A DNA stretch of 63,949 nucleotides, filler included, from Basidiobolus ranarum (Eukaryota): assembly GCA_040143965.1 (NCBI GenBank). It is 3 parts of 3 records of this genome, joined end to end, with 100 filler letters (N's around TTAATTAATTAA, not from the genome) between each part and the next. Parts side by side here need not be neighbours in the genome. Positions count along the whole stretch, not along the records: positions 1 to 21,834 come from JASJQH010007071.1; positions 21,935 to 43,741 come from JASJQH010007072.1; 1 more part is not named here. The stretch is one strand, 5' to 3'. Under the pieces are notes generated by a model that had not been told where the DNA came from, did no database searches, and saw nothing but the letters and a program-made list of their open reading frames with translations. This document shows positions 12,060-23,906 of the stretch, one piece after another; within the stretch, counting starts at the first letter, position 1; every line of letters starts with the position of its first letter. Position numbers and translations under genes: made by a program.

Positions 12060-14669
12060 TCACATTCGGATGTCTACAATCGTTACCTATTCATTGCAAT
12101 TGATAATATGTAAGTCACAAATTGGAAAAGGAGGAGGAAGGGTCTATTTCAATAAACATACCGTATTATCGGATAAACATGCCGCCACTTTATCTCCAGT
12201 AGAGTTCCAACTAACTTCAAAGATTCCACCGTTACCTTGATAAGTTTTAACCAGTGTACCGTCCTTATGGAAAAATTTGGTTAGTACATGGGGGGATGGT
12301 CAGATGTTGAAGAGGAAATACTCACTTTAACCGACCAGATATTTAGTGATTGATCAAATGAACCACTAGCGATATATTTCCCATCTGGACTGAAAGAAAC
12401 CGAATACACGGGTTCCGTGTGTTTAGCCAGTGTGTATAGACAATCGCCATTCTCGATATCCCACAGTTTCACGGTAGAATCGAAGGATGCACTAAATCAA
12501 AAGATATCTTCAACACACTATATTATATAAACATCAATTTTGAATGGTTTCTTACGTAGCTAGGATTCTTTTTGCGTTGGGTTGATCAGTATTTGGTCCG
12601 GTAGGGGACCATCTAATGGTGTAAATCTCTTTTTCGTGTTCTCTAAAATCATGCACAAACGTATCTCGAGATAGAGACCAGATCTATGTATATCCGAATG
12701 TAAGTGACAAAAGCGATGATGAGCATCCAAGAAGAAATAAGGTGATTGAACACCCAGGGAACTAACTTTTGCTGTGGAGTCATCGGAGCACGAAGCCAGA
12801 AACTGTCCAGAAGGATCCCATTTGACTGTGTTTACTTCATCCTATATGTTGTGTTGATGTGGTCAGTAAAAACCATCACTGTCGTTCCCCCGTATTGAAG
12901 TGAACATTCTACCTGATGACCGCGGAATGTTTTCACCGGATTTGTGAGGCCAACCTGACAGATTTGGATGGTTTTGTCGGTGGAGCACGTAGCGAATATA
13001 TCATCATCAAGCCAGTCAACATCCAATGTAGGCGCTTCAATTACAAGGGTTAATGGGTTGAGCTTTACTGTGTAAAGTATGTAGAGATAAACGTACCCGT
13101 ATGGAAATGATATTGTTGTTTTGATTCCCCTGTGGAGGCGTCCCATAGTATAGTGGTGTGATCGACACTACCACTCAAGAGTAAGTTGCCTCTCTTATTC
13201 CATTTGAGTGAGAAGATTGGGCCGCGATGCTTGGACATAACGTAACGTAATTCTCCTGGTGAATCATACGGTTTCAACAAAAGTGAATTCTAATTGAGCG
13301 CAGGGAATGAATATCTCACCTTTTTGTGTCCATATTCTGGCTTGACCATCGTATGATCCGGTGGCTAGTAAGGTCCCAGAAGGCTGGAAATAGAAGTTCA
13401 GGGTGAGGTTCTTATATGTATGTTGAATCGAATATATGGTCTAGCTTACATTCCAATCTAGTGTAGTAACATCTTTACTACTATGCATAGTAGGAAGATG
13501 CTTCAGAATGACTGGAACAATCGGTTCTTTACTTTTTGTATTTGGAATGGTCCAAATCCGTGCTGTGGCATCACCAGAGCTACAGTTCAATTTCTTTGAT
13601 TAGCAAACTTCCACATTTAATAAAACAACCGTCGGGATTTATATTACCCAGATGCAATAAGATTGGGAATTGTTGGATTCCAAGAACAGACAAAAACCTT
13701 CAGAATAGACAGGTTAACATATGGCAAGGAAAAAATCTCTTACAGCTAGAACTCTGCCTACCTCAGATTCATGTCCATGCAGGATGCTAACATCACGGCT
13801 GGGTATTGTTTTGCTAGATACTTCGCCATTAGTGAGAGAATCTAAAAGCATTATATGAGTTAAAGCCAAAATACATGGTATGACAAGCGGGTGTTAATAA
13901 GTACCAGATTGTTCCATCATATCGGTATCCTTGCGTACATCAGTCTCCGCTGGTTCCGGTTCCTGATTCTCCAAAGTCTCTCTTTTTGCGCGTCTCTCGC
14001 GTTCTTTTTGAAGTTTTCTCTCCTCTCTTCGTTCCTTTTTAATTTGTAACTCATCTTTTTTACTAGTAGAATCTTCTCTTTTATGTTTCTTCGTCACTTT
14101 TTCACATTTATGTTGGGTAAGTAAGGTGAAAGGTGTTGAGCATTCACGTTCAGTGCCATCCTATTTCAATGGATGAAAATAACTATTTAGATAAAAATCG
14201 GCTAGGTGAAAGATAGTAGCGAAGAGTGTTGATAGCTAGAACGTGCCTCGTTGAGATGCACCTCAATACTCATATATTGAAGTCCTTTCTGAAGAATGTT
14301 GATCAACGTGCCTGGAGAGACGTCAAGTTCTTTATACTCCGATTCGTGTATATGCGTTTCATGTTCGAAAGCAAAAGTAGAGTGTTCAAAACCTACAATA
14401 AAGATAACCAAGTTAGAGAGGGAAGTTCATAGTGATCAAGTGGTTATTGAAAGAGAAAAAGAAAGAAGTGAATAAGAAGTGGTTCGATCTATGGACGCGA
14501 TTCTTCACTCTTTTCGTAATAAAAGAAAAATAATAGAACTAAGGGCTCGCGCGGTACGCGAAACTAAACAATACATATAGTAATATGTAGCGATGAGTTG
14601 GTCAGACTTACCAGATTCTTTCAAGTATCGATAGATCAAATAATTCACTTCCTCACTCGTGATGCTCAT
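12060..14669 (-). CDS. SIF2: TBL1/Sif2 LisH + WD40 repeat corepressor (intron-rich, includes a GC-AG intron)
   Basis: [28 protein letters not shown] (LisH), LQKGLQY, WD repeats [43 protein letters not shown]; ends VTIVDIRM*. Confidence 0.93.
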
Positions 14670-15317
14670 CTCTAAAAAACAATATACTGTTCAAGATCTA
14701 AGGTAAAGGGAGTTTTTAAAAATATATTTAGTCGACAAAGCACTCCTCCACTGTGTTTGTCAGTAAATGGGTATCTGAAGAATCAATAGAAGGAGATCAA
14801 TGCTACGAAGGATTCTTGGAAAGTTGTTTCCAACTACAAAACCGTAAATCCGTTGTCAATCCGAAAATGAGGTTTAACCAATTTGATTAAATTTGGACAA
14901 TCGTTATGAAATTTAGATGGGTTAGAATTTTCAATATCAATCTCAATCTGAAGCATTTCTTGTCGCTTTTCTATGTGGCCCATTGAGCCCATTTAGCCCT
15001 AATCAAGGTTTTTACTTGATCACCAGATTCGCTCCATTGTGTCAGTTACCGTAATGAAATATTTGATCCAGAGCGTTTCAATTGAAAGTGGCTGTGAATA
15101 TTGCGTTCTACCCAAATGCTGTATTATGTGGTTGAATGTCATACGCATACTAAGTATTGGACGTATGTTGCTACATAAATTTCATCAGACGAAACGTTAG
15201 AAGGTTAGTCCAAAAGCGCACTTGAAACGTACAGCACTGATTTATAAATATGGAACAAAGTATTACAATGGACATTCCTGAGTTGAACTGCATGTGAAAT
15301 AGTTAAACTTTACTAGA

Positions 15318-16472
15318 ATGAGTCAGACCATCCCGTTGTTATTTGAAAAGCGGTGGCCTTTTGCGCTAAGGTTTAAAAACTCAGTAATCCCGCGGATCAT
15401 TCTCAAAGTATTTGCATTGACTGTTTACAGTGCCGGAATCGTAGCATTATTTAAATATGTACTTCCACAGTTGAATATGTCAGGGGCTCTGATCAATGTG
15501 TTAGGTATGGTGCTATCTCTGTTGCTTGTATTTCGGACTAATACTGCGTATGATCGATACTGGGAAGGAAGAAGACTCTGGAGTTCTCAGGTAGTAAACG
15601 TTCGAAATCTCACGAGAATGATTTGGGTTCATGTGTATGAAAAAGATGAAAACGACCGGAAAGCAAAGGGAACTGCAGTTCGTCTTTTGATTGCTTTCAT
15701 TTATGCCACTAAGCATTATCTACGTAAAGAGTATAACTACGATGAAGTGACGCCTGAATTCGCACCATTTTTACGAAGACATCATTCCCAGTATCGCACC
15801 CCAACCACTCTTTCTGACTATTCAGATTTCATCGTAGGAACTGGCCATACTCCTAGTTTAGAGACCAGTCAGCAAGGAGCCAATCTTCCCTTAGAGATCG
15901 CTGTGTACTTGTCGGCCTACATACAAAATCAACGTATCAAGGGGAACATAGACATCCCATTGTTTGGTATCATCTCCGGGTCTGTCAACAACCTAATTGA
16001 ATGTCTCTCTGGATTCGAGCGAATTCTTCATACTCCAATCCCAATGGCCTACTCAATTCATCTCAGTCAAACACTTTTGGTCTATTGCCTAATGTTACCA
16101 TTACAAATGGCTGAAGATCTTGGGTGGATAGCTTGCTTCGTCACTGGCTTGGCATCTTTCACCATGTTTGGCATCCTAGCTATCGGTCAGGAGCTGGAGA
16201 ACCCATTTGGGTACGATTGGAATGATCTGCCACTAGACAATTTATGCCAGGTCACCAAGGAAGAGATCATGGCTATTGTGAGCGTTGCTCCTCCATCCAT
16301 TGATTCCTGGCTTTTCGATGAACCAGAAACCCTTTACAACATGGATTTTGCGATGAATATTCCTGGCTATTCAGCTAGCTTTGTCGACCAGGATTGGACT
16401 AAAGGGCAAAAAAGGAACGCCTTCCGAAAAGTCAAAGTGGCGAAATATTCGGAAAAACCGTATTCAAGATAG
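15318..16472 (+). CDS. Bestrophin-family (UPF0187/YneE/VCCN-type) anion channel, intronless
   Basis: Motifs LLVFRTNTAYDRYWEGR, ERILHTPIP, ELENPFGYDWNDLPL; four hydrophobic segments. Confidence 0.92.
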   Translation: MSQTIPLLFEKRWPFALRFKNSVIPRIILKVFALTVYSAGIVALFKYVLPQLNMSGALINVLGMVLSLLLVFRTNTAYDRYWEGRRLWSSQVVNVRNLTRMIWVHVYEKDENDRKAKGTAVRLLIAFIYATKHYLRKEYNYDEVTPEFAPFLRRHHSQYRTPTTLSDYSDFIVGTGHTPSLETSQQGANLPLEIAVYLSAYIQNQRIKGNIDIPLFGIISGSVNNLIECLSGFERILHTPIPMAYSIHLSQTLLVYCLMLPLQMAEDLGWIACFVTGLASFTMFGILAIGQELENPFGYDWNDLPLDNLCQVTKEEIMAIVSVAPPSIDSWLFDEPETLYNMDFAMNIPGYSASFVDQDWTKGQKRNAFRKVKVAKYSEKPYSR

Positions 16473-16763
16473 ATAGATATGTGCTTCTATCCAAAATAAA
16501 CTTTCTGCTCACTAGCTTTAGTCTTGAGCAGTTTGTTGATATTCGAATGATTATCGATGATTTTATGGAATGCTTGTTAGTATGATACTGTCACTATATT
16601 ATGTACACTATTCTCACTTTTAGAGGTAAATTCGTGCTTTTTTTTAAAGAAAATTCTTGATTAATTAACTAGTCAGAGTATCTGGAGCAAATTCTATCAT
16701 TTTAAGGGAATTTTGGTGTGAGATGGCTATTTTAGTGAGGTGAGAGTGGGTATTCTACAATAT

Positions 16764-19030
16764 CTAAGATTTTGCTTTGGAATTATCCATCAAAATTGTA
16801 ATCTGTTCCGCGGGCGGGACGTACTCTTGCCCCCGCGGTACTTCCGAAGTGGTATGACAACTTCTAAGAGATTCCTCATAAATCTCCTCCTCTGCTTCTT
16901 TTCCTTCTTCGACATCCGTCATATGTTCGATCACAACCAGGGATCTTCTGTTGGGTTTTAGATGCGTGGAAGTGGTGTTCTCATCATACTCCCGGACAGA
17001 TACTACTTTACCAACAATGGGTTTCTCATTGTCAACGTTATTTTTTTCATTAGTATCATATCCTGGTGGTTTACTGATAGTAGTCTTGGAACATAGAGTG
17101 TTCTGTGAGCCCTCATTATGAAGCATCAAGGAAGGGGCTGGAGTTCTGGCAATGACAATTTCTTGACCTGGGCGTATCACTGGTAATCTATTCACAATAC
17201 TTGCTATCGTGTTGGAGGTAGTCAGTGTTCGTGTACCGATCGTACCCAGATGGAACAAGGGAATAGTGATACCATGAACTACCACTGAAGATAGAACCAA
17301 AAAAGATATGACTGGGAAAATGATTTCCGTTATATAACCCTTTGGTCCTGCTTCTTTCATCTCTTCTAAACTAACCATACAGTAAAATAAACTTCCAACT
17401 CCAACGGGTCCAAACCACCCAGCAAATATTGCTTCTCGATAATTTTTTACCGCAGGAATAAATCGTGAAAGTAGAAGTACGATAGGTAGCCTTCTAAATA
17501 TCAATACTAACGAAGTGATTCCAATGAGACGGAGTACGCTGAGGTTTAATGCTGGCGACTCGAATGAACTCCAAGGAATGATGGATCCAAAATAGGCGAA
17601 GAATGATACATTAAACATCATATCTATCACTTCTTGAAGGTGTGCTTCTTTTGTATGTTTGCGAAACCAAGCACTAATTAAATTAAAGCATTCTGTTAGG
17701 GGTTGGTTCTACCTCAATGAATTCGCAGTGAAAATAAACAAAGATAGCTTACTCCCAGGTGAAGGTGGTCCCAGCAACAAATACCGCTAAAAGATCATCA
17801 CTATGTATAACAGTAACAGTGCCCATTAAGAATATCTGAAATAGTCATGTAAGTACTATATTGAGATACACTTTAGTCAAGGAATGTACTTACAGCCAAA
17901 GCAATGGAGAAAACCAAAAAAGATTCTTTGTCGATTAAATGTTTACTTTCACATAAGTGAAGTAATCTCCTAGCAGCGAATCCTGCAATAAAGCCAATAA
18001 CAATAGATAAAGCGATCTGGTATCCCCATATGGTTGCGAACCATTGCCCGATAGCTTCACCGGCACTGTTGCTTCTAATCATCAGAAAGGCGAAGAATAG
18101 GAATGGGAAACCTAGGCCTGAATAATATGTAAGTTTAAGACAATATGAATACCATTGATCTCGAGAGTTACCATCATTGGCACCACTAACAAAAAAACTG
18201 ATTAGAACATGTCGTCATAATTATACAGGTAAGGTTAGCTTACCTTTCCGCTGCAATAATGTCTCTAAGATGAACCGGAACATATCGTTCAGCAAAAGCT
18301 CCTTTCACAATAGAATTCGCCAAAATCTGTAGAATATGGTTAGTTCAGTAAACCTTTACAAAGATTGAATCAAGTTGTACCGGGTCAGTGGGGGTAATAC
18401 AGGCGGCGAGCAGAAGGGACTCTAACTAATCAATTAACCGCGTTAGAGTACTGTATATCAGTTATGAATTGGTGATGGTTAACGTACAAACGTTAATGGC
18501 AGTAACCAGTAAAATACTGCAGCACCGACTAACCACATCACAGTCATTACTGGGAATAGAAAGATAACAAAGGATTTCCACTCCCTTAGGATATATTTCC
18601 TGGCTTATTGTTAGTAAGCTTGATTTACGGAATGAAAGGGGTCCAATATCACTTACTTTGGGAGATTTACACCGGCTGCCATAACCTGAATAAGTTTGGG
18701 CATTAGGTGAAACGTTCATTGTACTACCAACAGTATTACTTACCTGTAGGGCAATAACAATTCTGGCAAATTCAAGGGTAAAGGTGTTTGGGTGGGCACT
18801 CCATGTGGTAGGGTCGACAAGGTTCAACCCTATAGGACCTATGATGATTCCAAAAATGGTTGCTACCACTAAAAGGATGTTAGAAGATATGTTGTAGATG
18901 TGCTTTTAGCACAGTACTTACAAGCTTCTGATAGAAAAAGTCTTTCTTTAACAAACATAGACACTAGACCAAACAGAAGTATAAAACCTCCCATTACGGC
19001 GGGGATCACATTCGCCGGATTTAGGACCAT
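16764..19030 (-). CDS. NHA1: Nha1/Sod2-family Na+(K+)/H+ antiporter, paralogue B (9 introns, 14-nt microexon 18172-18185)
   Basis: MVLNPANVIPAVMGGFILLFGLVS..., TPTDPILANSIVKG, ESGANDG, SDDLL, GWFGPVGVGS; same exon structure as paralogue A. Confidence 0.93.
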
Positions 19031-19635
19031 CTTTCAAACAAAAAAATATCAACTACGATTGATGTCTAAGCTACCAACAGAAGGATATTTGTTCGAAGGA
19101 ATTTTAGTGCTTCTTTGCGGAAGGGTTAGATAAAGAAGACTTGCTAGAATTAGGGGCTGTAAGGTATTTCTTGGAAACAAAGAGATGTTGACTTGGCTGA
19201 AATCGGCTAATCAGGGAGATGCGGGGATATAAGTAGAGATAATGGAAGGGGTTGGTACTTCAATAGTGCAGATATCTGGCAGAAGCGACACGTTACGGGA
19301 AAAAGACGGGAAGAAGCAGCTCATATTTATATTTCCAGTGGCATATCACTTCACATAATATACTTGAATCTAATGCTTCTAGCAGCATGACATTTACCAC
19401 TAGTGATGAGGATTAAGAATAACTTCCGATGAAGGTGACATATTCCTTTCGATCTGGGACCATAATATCAAACTTGAATTATACCACAAATAAAATGTAT
19501 AGTGAACAATATGCTATAGGGGCGTTGAAGATTGAGCTTACTTTGCGAATTTACCGACTCTAGATTTTCTTCAACGAAATTCACTAAATAGGAGCCTACA
19601 GCGCATTGCATCCTATAAAGAAATAACAATAGGCC

Positions 19636-19717
19636 CTACACTACACTATATATATACTGCACCATACTCTATACACTGTACTACACTATATAAACTATAT
19701 ACACTATACGTACTGTA
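19636..19717. repeat. Degenerate (CTACA/CTATA)n low-complexity repeat
   Basis: ctacactacactata...atacactgtactacactatataaactatatacactata read directly. Confidence 0.6.
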
Positions 19718-20293
19718 TTCATAGCACCGTGAACTCTTCACCATAAATCCCCCGGATTTTCCATTTAAACAAATCCTTTGGATAAGTCGGGGGATGCAAT
19801 GCTGGTCATTTCTGGGAGTAAGTACTTGTTAATGCGTTATAGTGCTTGACAAGTAGTGCTTTACAACCAGTGCTTTCACCAACCTTTAAGTTTTATCCAT
19901 GTAACTAAATTGGTGCATTACCTTGATGCATAAAGACCAATGAGTGTTTGAAAACTATATGGACCTTCCGTATAGACATCCTACTCTCATTTTCTTGGGT
20001 TCTCATTCTACCAATCGTTGAGCTCCAAACCGGTTCTGCACTCATCACCAGTATCAACCAGTCACGAGATATACTTTTCTTAACTGAGCTCCACCAGATT
20101 GTTTACTCTTTGTGTATTTACTATATGATAAGGTGAGTGAATACACTGAGTTATTGTTACATAAATTTAACTGCGAACGTAATTTAAATCTTGCCTATGC
20201 ATATTTAAGGGTATGAAATGCTCCGATTACACCCACAATCCTCCATGTTACAAACCAAAACTTGCCATTAGAGTTGGATATAATCATTGCCGT

Positions 20294-21834
20294 GTACCAA
20301 ATTACTGCATGGATGACTGTTATTAGGCTATTAGTCATATTTATCATGATCCCCAGTTATGCCACGCTTCACTAAGATATCAACCACTATTCTCAAGAGG
20401 AATTTACTTAAAGATTTCTCAAGCCTGTCCTAGAGGCTCTATACTTTGTGGACATGTTCCTAATAGCACATTCTATATTGTTTTTGTTTACATTTTGCCA
20501 AAATTATAAATGTCACTTTTTACTCAATAAATTAATAAGTGAAAACCACCAGTTCTTCTATTTCTCCAAACCACTTCCAGCAAACTCCCAAAATACTTCA
20601 ATAGGTCATGAGGCCCAAGCCTACACTCTCTGTAATGTTTACTTCTCAGATTTCTGAACCTTTTCCTTCCACTGAAATGTTATATGGAACTCAATATCAA
20701 GCTTAAAAATGAAAATACAGCTGCAAGAAAAAGGACTTTGGGATACTGTAGTAGGAGAAGACAATCAACACTATATTAAGCCAAAGTTCTACTCCAGATT
20801 AAAAAGAATTAGATGCCTTTACTACAATTTGCCATGATGTCAAAGACAAATTTTTAACTTAATGTTCTACTATCTCTAGTGGAGATTCAATAGTAGTTCA
20901 CTTATGTAAAGATATCTATGCAAACATTTGCAACTGACCCTGCACTATCACCACCACCACCTTCCTGTTGAAAGTAGCATTGCCTAAACACCTATATAGT
21001 CATATATAGCTCAGTACTTAGTTATCTTATATTTCACCAAGATATTACCCATTATTCTCAATCTGAATTTACTTAGAATGTTCTTACCAACTTAGAAATT
21101 CTCTGATATTTAGATTTTTCAAATTTGTGCTAGAAGCTCCAAACTTTGCACACATGTTCCTAGGACCTTCCTTAGCATATCTTACATGGTAGCTTATTTA
21201 TATACTGATACAATTATAAATGTCAACTTTCAACTCAATAAATCAATAAGTGAAATCCACCAATTTGTGTAATTCTCCAAACCACTTCCAATAGCCTCCT
21301 AAAGACTTAAACAAAAGCAACCATATATAAATGAAAGGACTTGATAGTGAGAACTGTAACAAGAATTGGGAGTCCATATCACATGGATATTGCATCAACA
21401 ACTGAGACTGTTTCTAACTTTGCCAGAAGAACTTCTGGAAACCTGAAGACTTGGCATTAACACTTGGGTCATCTAAGCTACTATAGTATGAGACTATTAT
21501 ACAAAGATAGCCTATGTACTGGAATAGATCTTAAGCCTTCAGATATTACCAAATGTCAAAGCTTTTTTCAATGGATAATCAGCAGAAAACCATTTCCAAA
21601 CAAAGGAGCTAGCAGAGCAAAATATTTATTGGATCTCATTCATACAGACCTGTGTGGCCAATGCACACTGTGACATCAAGTAAGCAACAATATTTACTCA
21701 TTTTTATTGATGATAAATCTCACTTCACAGTTTCACATCTTCTGTTGAGCAAAGGAGAAGTGTTTCATTATTTCAAGATATATGAAGCAATGGTCACAAC
21801 CATAACAGGAAGAAAAATAATATATCTATTCAGT
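20294..21834 (+). mobile_element. Degenerate Ty1/copia retrotransposon 5' half: eroded LTR (ends ~20603), PBS, gag, GAG-pre-integrase and integrase fragments; truncated at gap
   Basis: LTR homologous to the other copies; PBS GGTCATGAGGCCC at 20604; gag-like KMKIQLQEKGLWDTVVG; WH*TLGH; LDLIHTDLCG / YLLIFIDDKSHF (rve integrase) with stops and a frameshift. Left boundary approximate. Confidence 0.88.
20966..21313 (+). mobile_element. Copia-family LTR nested inside the degenerate element
   Basis: TGTTGAAAG...CTTAAACA, colinear with the LTR at 63508-63857; no matching TSD (CTTCC vs AAAGC). Confidence 0.88.
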
Positions 21835-21934
21835 NNNNNNNNNNNNNNNNNNNNNNNNNNNNNNNNNNNNNNNNNNNNTTAATTAATTAANNNNNNNNNN
21901 NNNNNNNNNNNNNNNNNNNNNNNNNNNNNNNNNN
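21835..21934. other. Assembly gap with artificial TTAATTAATTAA linker
   Basis: 100-nt spacer of Ns with a central stop-in-all-frames linker. Confidence 0.97.
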
Positions 21935-22121
21935 GGCTGGCACGATATCTCCAAAAAAATCATCATGTCCGATTGTGGTGGGATAGTGCCATATTGTTCC
22001 TTATAGTGTCCGATCGAGTGTTATAGGACCCAGCCATGGTAATTGGCAGATCGCGCCAGATGGTGTACTAGCAGGCTGGATCGAGCGGCACGATCTGACC
22101 TGGTCCGATGGAACAAGTCTA
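21935..22121. mobile_element. Probable terminus of a non-autonomous DNA transposon (CpG-rich, young-looking), cut by the gap
   Basis: Repeated GGCACGAT and GTCCGAT motifs; end CCTGGTCCGATGGAACAAGTCTA resembles the right end of the element at 42607-42835. Confidence 0.5.
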
Positions 22122-22595
22122 TTCAAACATAGTCTTTTTCAACTAGCAGGGCCATATCTGATATGCAACATACACTAATTCTTAAATCCGGCTAATACTT
22201 TCTATTGATCTTCTCAAGTATTTATAACATCAACAGATTTACAGAAGGGCATAAATATATTGTTTTAATTCATAATTTGAAGTTGACAGTTTATCAAAGT
22301 CTATATGTAAATATTTTCAGGATTTATATTTTTGATAGATTCTTATGTATATTTTCTATTACTGATAAATATTTTTTCAATTTAGTTTATTTGTAAAGTA
22401 AATATGTAAAAATTCAGATTTGTATAGAATAATATTAATACCAGAAAGAATAAATGTTGAGTATCATTTTTTGTCATTGACAGTTGGCAATCAGTCAAAC
22501 AATTAATAAATGTTTTATTAAACAAACATGCACGATGCATAGTGAAATTTTAGGCTATATAGCCTGCACAGTACAAAGGTGGTATACCAGCTTAT

Positions 22596-22944
22596 TGTTC
22601 AGGTATTTTGGGAGCCTGTTGGTAGTGGTTTGGAGAACCGGAGAAATTGGTGGTTTTCACTCAATGATTTATTGAGTTGAAAGTTGACATTTATAACTTT
22701 ATCAAGAAGTAAACAAACAAACGGGTAGGATGTATTACAAAAGGTCCCAGAAACATATGTGCAAAGTTTGGGGCTTCTAGCACAAGTTATCAAAGTCTGT
22801 ATATCTGCAAACTTCTAAGTTGGTGTCAATATTCTAAGTAAATTCCGATTGAGAAAAGTGAGTGATATCTTAGTCATATATAGCTTAGTATTTAGTTATC
22901 CTTTATTTGACTATGTAGGTGTTTAGACAATGCTAATTTCAACA
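22596..22944 (-). mobile_element. Copia-family solo LTR with internal microinversion
   Basis: Reverse complement starts TGTTGAAA and aligns along its length with the LTR at 63508-63857; segment 22871-22913 is flipped. Confidence 0.88.
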
Positions 22945-23906
22945 AGTTCCACTAACTTTTGTTCCCAAATTCAAAGATCTTAATGCCACCTCTTTCCATT
23001 CAATCAGCTGTGATGCCATCGGTCAAGCTGCCAGAGATCAGTTTTGAGCAATAGTGTATATGAAAAGTTCATCCTTTTCTAACATTAGATGCTTTCAAAC
23101 TGACATTCATCTATTTATTTACTCATTACTTCTCATACTATTTGAGTACTTTTTAGGTGTTTAGAGGCTAGACAAATATTTGGGACAAGTATGAGAATCA
23201 ACCATATATCTTCTAATTTTAATTTTAAAATCTTCAAGCTAGATGTAGGCGTTTTGAAGTGCTGGATAAAGGATTTCTATAGACTTTTTGTTCTAAAAAC
23301 TCTAATACCACTTGTGTAACTACATTACCGTCAATTAACCAGTTTAGTATGATATACCACCCTCCTCAAATGACACAGTGTATATACAACTAGTGATACA
23401 TTTCTTCTTACTATCTGAGTAGATATTCTTTATTGTATAGAATGTGAATGTAGACATAAGAGTCAAGGACTATTTGCCATGTTCAAAAATACCTTCTATG
23501 CCTACTTCGCGAACCTTCGAGGTTCTGTATTAGTGATGATTGATAATAGTCTCTGATTGCGGTGTATCCATATGTTAATGATATGAAGTTGAATATGGAT
23601 AAAATGACCATATGGACCTATTACACTTCTTTTTTGTCATTTCAACACTATTTCACTACACAGGCCAGACTAGATTTGGCTTGATATACCGAAATAGAAT
23701 ATGAAAATCGAATGATAGACACCCTATTATCACCAATATCAACTTGCGGCATAGAGTAGTGACGCAACGCTCGGCATACGAATCGTCATTGATTCATATG
23801 AGCCTCATTACGTAAAACCTTTACCAGATCACACCATTGATGAAGAACACCTATTTATACCGCCCTGGAGAAGGAATACCAAAATATCTTTCATACTAAA
23901 ACAAGA

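Noticed and set aside
21879-21890. Palindrome TTAATTAATTAA
   Set aside because: Synthetic scaffolding linker inside Ns, not biological.
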